Origin: an uncultured Muribaculaceae bacterium
GTDB lineage: Bacteria > Bacteroidota > Bacteroidia > Bacteroidales > Muribaculaceae
Assembly: GCA_910586455.1 (NCBI GenBank)
Contig: CAJUHX010000003.1
Coordinates: forward strand, 1,190 to 65,189
Reading direction: 5' to 3'
DNA: 64,000 nt
The notes beneath the pieces were generated by a model that was given only the letters and a program-made list of their open reading frames with translations, made no database searches and was not told where the DNA came from. Positions 58,131 to 64,000 of this stretch are shown piece by piece (position 1 is the first letter of the stretch; the number at the start of each line of letters is the position of its first letter). A program made the translations under genes and the position numbers.

Positions 58131-59501
58131 ATGGCACAGAAACCTTCAATACCCAAAGGCACGCGCGATTTCACTGCCGAGGAAATGGCGCGCCGCAACT
58201 ATATCTTCGACACTATCCGCGATGTGTTCCGCCTCTACGGCTATCGCCAGATTGAAACTCCGGCAATGGAAAACCTATGCACCCTGATGGGCAAATACGG
58301 CGAAGAGGGCGACAAACTCCTGTTCAAAGTACTCAACTCGGGCGACTTCCTGCGCGGAGTGAACCATCAGCTTATCGAAGCCGAAAATTGCCCGCGCCTG
58401 GCAGCACAGATTTGCGAGAAGGGTCTGCGCTACGACCTTACCGTGCCTTTCGCCCGCTTTGTGGTACAGCACCGCAACGAACTGCAGTTCCCATTCCGCC
58501 GCTTCCAGATTCAGCCTGTATGGCGTGCCGACCGACCCCAGAAAGGACGCTACCGCGAGTTCTACCAGTGCGACGCTGACGTAGTTGGCTCCGACTCGCT
58601 GCTCAACGAAGTGGAATTGCTGCAGATGATTGACGAGGTATTCGCCCGCCTGGGCATACGCATTGCCATCAAGCTCAACAACCGCAAGGTTCTGGCAGGA
58701 ATTGCCGAGCTGATAGGCGAGCCCGACAAACTCATCGACATCACCGTGGCTATTGACAAAATCGACAAAATAGGCATCGACAAGGTTAACGACGAACTGG
58801 CCGAACACGGCCTCAAGCCCGAAGCCATTGCCGCGCTGCGCCCCATACTCGAAATAAGCGGTTCGCTGCAGGAGCGCCTCGCAGCTCTGGCCGACCTGCT
58901 GGCCGGCAGCGAAACCGGCAACAAGGGTGTGGACGAACTGCGCACAGTATGCGACGCCGTAACCACGCTGGGCCTCCGCGCCGAACTCGACCTCGACGTA
59001 AGCCTTGCACGCGGACTCAACTACTACACCGGCACTATTATAGAGGTGAAAGCCCTCGACGTGGCCATCGGATCCATTACCGGCGGCGGACGCTACGACA
59101 ACCTCACAGGCATATTCGGCCTGCCGGGCGTGTCGGGTGTAGGAATCTCGTTCGGCGCCGACCGTATCTACGACGTTCTCAATACCCTCGGACTCTATCC
59201 CGAGTCGACCGCCGGGAGCACTAAGGTGATGTTTGCCAACTTCGGCACCGCCGAGGCCGCCGCATCGCTGCAGTTAGTTCAGAAACTGCGCGCTGCCGGA
59301 ATACCCGCCGAACTATACCCCGACCAGGCCAAACTGAAAAAACAGTTCGGCTACGCCGACGCTCTGGCCATACCATACGTGGCCATTATAGGCGAAAGCG
59401 AACTGGCCGAAAAGCGCCTTACGCTCAAAAACATGGCTTCCGGCGAACAGATGTCGGTGGCTTTCGACGACATTGTATCTACCCTAACCAACTTAAAATG
59501 A
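58131..59501 (+). CDS. hisS: Histidine--tRNA ligase
   Basis: [32 protein letters not shown] and GGGRYD motifs. Confidence 0.98.
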   Translation: MAQKPSIPKGTRDFTAEEMARRNYIFDTIRDVFRLYGYRQIETPAMENLCTLMGKYGEEGDKLLFKVLNSGDFLRGVNHQLIEAENCPRLAAQICEKGLRYDLTVPFARFVVQHRNELQFPFRRFQIQPVWRADRPQKGRYREFYQCDADVVGSDSLLNEVELLQMIDEVFARLGIRIAIKLNNRKVLAGIAELIGEPDKLIDITVAIDKIDKIGIDKVNDELAEHGLKPEAIAALRPILEISGSLQERLAALADLLAGSETGNKGVDELRTVCDAVTTLGLRAELDLDVSLARGLNYYTGTIIEVKALDVAIGSITGGGRYDNLTGIFGLPGVSGVGISFGADRIYDVLNTLGLYPESTAGSTKVMFANFGTAEAAASLQLVQKLRAAGIPAELYPDQAKLKKQFGYADALAIPYVAIIGESELAEKRLTLKNMASGEQMSVAFDDIVSTLTNLK

Positions 59502-61144
59502 GCTTTAGAAAATTCATCGGCTTCTGTCTGATCGCCGTAGCCTCTCTGACAGCTTCCGCACGCATCGAACTGCCTGTGACGCAGGTAAACGGCCAGGCAT
59601 GCTACTGCTACACTGTAGAGAAAAAACAGACCCTGTACAGCGTGGCTGACAAACTCGGCCTCACACGCGACCAGATTGTGAAATACAATCCGGCGGCAGC
59701 CGACGGCGTAAAGAACGGTCAGGTGCTGTACTTCCCCGTCAATGAATTTCCCGACCTGGGCGACTCCGACAAGACCGTGGCCCTCCAGACCGGCACTTAC
59801 ACCGTAAAAAAAGGCGACTCATTCTACGGAATCTGCTATAAACTCGGTGTGACCAGCGACGCCCTGTTAGCCGCCAACCCGTCGATTGCGGCAGGCGTTA
59901 AGGTGGGCCAGGTACTGAAGGTGCCATCGCAGGCAATAGAGAAGCAGGCTGAAGAACAGGCGCGCGAAGAGGCCGCCAAAGACCCCGGCGAGCGTCTGGT
60001 GTCGCTCACTCCGGTAGTACCGGTAGTGGAAACAATAACGCCGGACGACTCCGTGGCTATCGAAAAAACCGCAAACATTGTGGTGATGCTGCCTTTTATG
60101 CTCAACCAATCCGAGCCCGACAAACACGCCATGAACGCTACCGACTTCTATAAAGGCATGTTAATGGCAGCCGACTCGCTGAGCAATCGGCCGGGCCGAG
60201 TGAACATCTATACTTTCGATACCGAAGGCTCAACCGAGCGTGTGCGTAACTTCTGCCGGACCGATACTTTCCGCAACGCCGCGGTAGTCATTGGCCCCGA
60301 CGACCTCACTCAGCTCAATATCATAGGCTCGCACGCCGTGAGCGACGACCTGTACGTGTACAACGCCTTTGTGGTGCGCGACAGCAGCTACCTCTATAAC
60401 CCGCGAATGTTACAGAGCTACATACCCAGCGACATAATGCTGGACAAGGCTGCCAATGCCGTCCGCGACATCTTTCCGGGCGCCACCCCGGTGGTACTGC
60501 GCCGCGACGGCGGACGCGACGACAAGGCGGACTTCATAAAACGCCTCACCGCACTGTACGCCGACACTGACACCCCTGTAACCACAATAGAATTTACCGA
60601 CGCCCTTACAGCCGCCGACCTGAGCCGGCTGTCCTCCGGAAACAACTATGTGCTGATACCTACAAGCGGTTCGCTGGCCGAGTTCAACAAACTGTCGGGC
60701 GGAGTACTCGAGGCACAGGAAGAAGCCTTAGGCGGCTCGACATACGCCCTGTTCGGCTATCCCGACTGGACCAGCTTCCGCGGCCCCAACCGCGACATGC
60801 TGCACCGCCTGGGCGCCACCATCTATACCCGCTTCTACTACGACCCCTTCTCGCCCGAAGTAAAGCAGCTCGAAGCCCGTTACAACACCGACTTCGGCGG
60901 CGCCATGGTCGACGCAGTGCCCTCGCCCGCCCTGCTGGGCTTCGACACCGCATGGTTCCTGATCAACGACCTGCGCCGCGGCGGCAGCGAATATGTGCCA
61001 GAGAATACAGCATGGTACGGCGCACAGTCGAGCTTCCACTTTGTGAAGGCCGACTCTGCCGACCCCGAATCGGGCTACTATAACGACGAACTCTACATAA
61101 TCCGTTTCTCGATAGATGGCATCCATACCGACCGCCTGCAGTAA
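59498..61144 (+). CDS. LysM peptidoglycan-binding protein with PBP1-like domain
   Basis: Two LysM repeats ([23 protein letters not shown]); MLPF and DFYKG motifs. Confidence 0.85.
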   Translation: MSFRKFIGFCLIAVASLTASARIELPVTQVNGQACYCYTVEKKQTLYSVADKLGLTRDQIVKYNPAAADGVKNGQVLYFPVNEFPDLGDSDKTVALQTGTYTVKKGDSFYGICYKLGVTSDALLAANPSIAAGVKVGQVLKVPSQAIEKQAEEQAREEAAKDPGERLVSLTPVVPVVETITPDDSVAIEKTANIVVMLPFMLNQSEPDKHAMNATDFYKGMLMAADSLSNRPGRVNIYTFDTEGSTERVRNFCRTDTFRNAAVVIGPDDLTQLNIIGSHAVSDDLYVYNAFVVRDSSYLYNPRMLQSYIPSDIMLDKAANAVRDIFPGATPVVLRRDGGRDDKADFIKRLTALYADTDTPVTTIEFTDALTAADLSRLSSGNNYVLIPTSGSLAEFNKLSGGVLEAQEEALGGSTYALFGYPDWTSFRGPNRDMLHRLGATIYTRFYYDPFSPEVKQLEARYNTDFGGAMVDAVPSPALLGFDTAWFLINDLRRGGSEYVPENTAWYGAQSSFHFVKADSADPESGYYNDELYIIRFSIDGIHTDRLQ

Positions 61145-61838
61145 GCTGCTGCTGTGCCTGACGCTGCTGTCGGCCTGCGCAGGCATCGCCTCGGCTGAAA
61201 CCCACTACAAACCAAGGATATCGCTGGGCGGACGCGCCGGCGTGTCGATGTCGCGCATATCGCTCTCGCCATCGGTGCGCCAGAACTGGCTGACGGGCAG
61301 CGCCGGCTCGCTGACATTCCGCTATACCGAGGAGAAAATCTTCGGCCTCATAGCCGAACTTGGCTGGAGCCAGCGCGGCTGGAGCGAGAACTTCTCCGAC
61401 CCAAACAGCAAAGTCAAGAATCCGCTGGAGTACAAACGCTCCATTACCTACATAAGCCTGCCGGTAATGACACACGTGTACTTTGGTACCCGCCGCATGA
61501 AGTTCTTCTTCAACGCCGGCCCTGAAGTAAGCTACATGCTTACAAGCGGCATTACGAGCAATTTCGACTACCACAACCCGAGTTCGTCGGCGCACTGGCC
61601 CGATCGGGCACGCATGACCGAGCAACTGACAATGGACATCAGCAACCGCTTCGACTACGGCATCACCGCCGGTCTGGGCGGCGAGTTCTACCTCAATCCG
61701 CGTCACTCGGTCAACATCGAGGCCCGCTTCTATTATGGCCTCGGCAATATATTCCCGGCCAAAGTCAGCGACACTTTCAGTGCATCACGCTGCATGAACC
61801 TCGAACTCACACTGGGCTACTGGTTCCGCCTTAAGTAA
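61116..61838 (+). CDS. PorT-family outer membrane beta-barrel protein
   Basis: SQRGW.E, YISLP, NAGP, FDYG and EARFYYGLGN motifs. Confidence 0.8.
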   Translation: MASIPTACSKLLLCLTLLSACAGIASAETHYKPRISLGGRAGVSMSRISLSPSVRQNWLTGSAGSLTFRYTEEKIFGLIAELGWSQRGWSENFSDPNSKVKNPLEYKRSITYISLPVMTHVYFGTRRMKFFFNAGPEVSYMLTSGITSNFDYHNPSSSAHWPDRARMTEQLTMDISNRFDYGITAGLGGEFYLNPRHSVNIEARFYYGLGNIFPAKVSDTFSASRCMNLELTLGYWFRLK

Positions 61839-61847
61839 CAAAACAAA

Positions 61848-61900
61848 CGGGTGTTTCATAACTATCAGCCACGATGTAGCTGATAGTTATGAAACACCCG
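61848..61900. repeat. 22-bp perfect inverted repeat (REP-like / bidirectional terminator)
   Basis: CGGGTGTTTCATAACTATCAGC-9nt-GCTGATAGTTATGAAACACCCG between convergent genes. Confidence 0.85.
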
Positions 61901-61922
61901 CAAGTGTTATGTCGGCCAGAAA

Positions 61923-62468
61923 TCAGCGCATGGCGAAGCAGCTGCCGCTGACTGCCTGCTGATAAGCATAGAGGCCGGCATCGCTCAGCTCCACGGTCTT
62001 GTAGCTGCCGTCGGGCTGAGGCAGGCTCACGTGAGTGTCGTCGACAAAGGTGAAGATGGTATGACTCTCACCACCAATGTTGTAGCTCCAGCTGTTGTCG
62101 TCGGCATTGAAGTCGAGGCGCACTACCGAACCGTCGGTTTCCGAGGTGATAGTATATCCCTTGCCGTCGCATTCAACCAGGTAACGGCCTTCCTGACCTT
62201 CGATTACCTTCTTGCCTTTGGCCACAGGGTTACCACCGCTCCAGAACTCTATAGAGTTGAGAACCAGCAAGTCGGCCAGCGACGATACCTCGTAAACGGG
62301 CAGAACCCAGAATGCGAAGAATACCAGTTCGTTGACGAACTTGTTGCCTACAGTCTTGTTCCAGGCCAGAAGCTTGTTGGTCAGCGAGAAGCTGCCTATA
62401 CACGAGCTGAAGAGCATCGAGCCTCCCAGAAGACACACGATTGCCACGCTTAAATAAGTTTTCTTCAT
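61923..62468 (-). CDS. DUF3332 lipoprotein
   Basis: SSCIGSFSLT, NKFVNELVF and LNSIEFWSG motifs. Confidence 0.85.
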   Translation of the reverse strand: MKKTYLSVAIVCLLGGSMLFSSCIGSFSLTNKLLAWNKTVGNKFVNELVFFAFWVLPVYEVSSLADLLVLNSIEFWSGGNPVAKGKKVIEGQEGRYLVECDGKGYTITSETDGSVVRLDFNADDNSWSYNIGGESHTIFTFVDDTHVSLPQPDGSYKTVELSDAGLYAYQQAVSGSCFAMR

Positions 62469-62509
62469 ATTGTTCAGAATTAATAAGGTGATTGAAAAAT
62501 TGAATTGAA

Positions 62510-63901
62510 TTATAGAGGAATTACGCGCTTGGCATGCTCGTAGAAGTTCATAATCTGCTTTACGTAGCTGACGGTTTCCGAACCGCGGGCATAGCCATAG
62601 CGTACCACATCGTCGTTATAATACTTTTTCTGCATCTTCATCAACAGTGCTTTAGCCACATTGTCGTCCCACACCTTGGGGTTCATGCCGTACTTCTCGG
62701 CCAGACGTATGGCGTCGAGCACATGGCCCAGACCACAATTGTAGGCCGCAAGCACAAACTTTATCCGCTCCTTGTCTTCGGGCACCTGCTTGCGCAGTTG
62801 CCTGTCGAGGTCGGCCAGAAGCTGTGTAGCAACTTTTACACTTATGTTGGGTGAGCCAAGGCTCTTGAGATTCTGGCCGTATCCACGCCCTGTGCGCGGC
62901 ATAATCTGCATCAGACCGCGGGCACCCACCCATGAGCGGGCAGAGGCGTTGAAACGGCTCTCAACGTAGCCTTGTGCCGCCATCAGACGCCAGTCCAGGC
63001 CAATGCCGGGAGCGTAGGTCTTGAACAACCGGTCGTAGTTCGATATATAGCCTTTAGCGAAGTTGAAAGCGACCTTGGGAAACGACTTGCTCTGCTCGAA
63101 ATAGCGCTTCAGCAGTTCGGCGTTGGCCTGCTTCTGCTCGTCGGTATCGAACCATTCGTTGATTTCGCGGGCCAGACGCTCGTTGTCCTTGGCTACGGCC
63201 CACGACTGACGCTGTTCGTCGCTAAGTGGCAGACTGATGTCAAGGTCGTGATAGTAGGTTTCGTTGAGCATAGCCACGTCGCTGTCGACTACAGTTAACG
63301 GCAGCTTGCCGTCCGACACCATCTCTATAAGGTCTTCAGTAATAAGGGTATCGGCATTGATTTCGCGTATGTCGATTCCGCCTCCGAGTTCCTCATTGAG
63401 GTTATGCATTCGCCTCAGATACTTGGAGTCGGCCTCCACATAGACTGTTTCTCCCACCAGCTGTGTCACGTCGGTAATCGGGGCGCGTCCTTCGCGCTTG
63501 CTCTGCACCAGTACCTGTCGTGTATAGTTCTCGGGCCCGCAGGCCTTTACCAGCTCTTTGTAGTGGGCTGTTATTGGCACTTCGTAGGCTATAAGGTCGG
63601 CCTTTCCGCTATCCACCATCTCAATGGCCCGTTTCAGCGACTTAACCGCAGTGAGTTTCATCGTCAGCCCCCTGGCCTGGCAGAAGTCGTGGGCCAGAGT
63701 ATAGTCGTAGCCAAGCGAGTCGCCTCGATAGATAAAAAACGATGTAGGCCCGTACAGAGTCACCACCCTAAGAGTATCGTCGGCTGTCGGCGCGCTTTTA
63801 CGGCCGACAGGGCCCGACGACTTTCCGCCGCCGCAGCCGGCCAGGACCGCTGCAGCAGCTATAATAGAGAGAGATAGGAGAATGAGTCTGGTAAGTTTCA
63901 C
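62510..63901 (-). CDS. mltF: MltF-like lytic transglycosylase (SBP + SLT domains)
   Basis: ESRF, GARGLMQIMP and AAYNCG motifs; N-terminal SBP domain. Confidence 0.88.
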   Translation of the reverse strand: MKLTRLILLSLSIIAAAAVLAGCGGGKSSGPVGRKSAPTADDTLRVVTLYGPTSFFIYRGDSLGYDYTLAHDFCQARGLTMKLTAVKSLKRAIEMVDSGKADLIAYEVPITAHYKELVKACGPENYTRQVLVQSKREGRAPITDVTQLVGETVYVEADSKYLRRMHNLNEELGGGIDIREINADTLITEDLIEMVSDGKLPLTVVDSDVAMLNETYYHDLDISLPLSDEQRQSWAVAKDNERLAREINEWFDTDEQKQANAELLKRYFEQSKSFPKVAFNFAKGYISNYDRLFKTYAPGIGLDWRLMAAQGYVESRFNASARSWVGARGLMQIMPRTGRGYGQNLKSLGSPNISVKVATQLLADLDRQLRKQVPEDKERIKFVLAAYNCGLGHVLDAIRLAEKYGMNPKVWDDNVAKALLMKMQKKYYNDDVVRYGYARGSETVSYVKQIMNFYEHAKRVIPL

Positions 63902-63948
63902 AGTCTATCGGATTTGTACGGAACGGCGACTGCGCTGCCCCGCAGGAT

Positions 63949-64000
63949 TCAATACTCGAAGGTACCCTTCTCCGAGATGATGGTGAGGTGATTGGCCGGT
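63949..64000 (-). CDS. 3' end of an unidentified CDS (…PANHLTIISEKGTFEY*)
   Basis: Open frame with host-like codon usage running off the window edge. Confidence 0.45.
   Translation of the reverse strand, partial: PANHLTIISEKGTFEY

Overview
Chromosomal window of a Bacteroidales bacterium, probably Muribaculaceae-like. This is inferred from TAnnTTTG -7 promoters, A-rich start contexts without Shine-Dalgarno sequences, and a C-terminal 'VEYYNLQG..LYIRRQG..KVIL' sorting-type domain. Bases 1-5180 are the right end of a tailed prophage: tape-measure C-terminus, an AT-rich lipoprotein moron, a tail-region protein and a tyrosine integrase. It is integrated at the 3' end of tRNA-Ser(GGA). The rest is mostly core genome: pnp, asd, phoH-purC-ubiE, mtnN, rpoN, purE-ispG, dusB, galE, floA, alaS, hisS, mltF, two ECF sigma/anti-sigma operons, a TonB receptor and neuD-neuB. 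The best candidate for an undescribed system is a stand-alone two-gene cassette at 23917-24764: a T7-type endolysin plus a protein with unimolecular-spanin topology, behind an apparently leaderless host promoter, about 19 kb from the prophage, with no holin. Other signals are a chimeric tRNA acceptor stem at the att junction, an integrase with an IntDOT-like active site and a C-terminal AT-hook, an identical 5'-UTR hairpin in two unrelated transcripts, a 38-bp perfect palindrome over the hisS promoter, an sRNA candidate and ECF-type promoters. No CRISPR, rRNA or reverse transcriptase was seen. All calls come from motif recognition by eye; no database searches were run.
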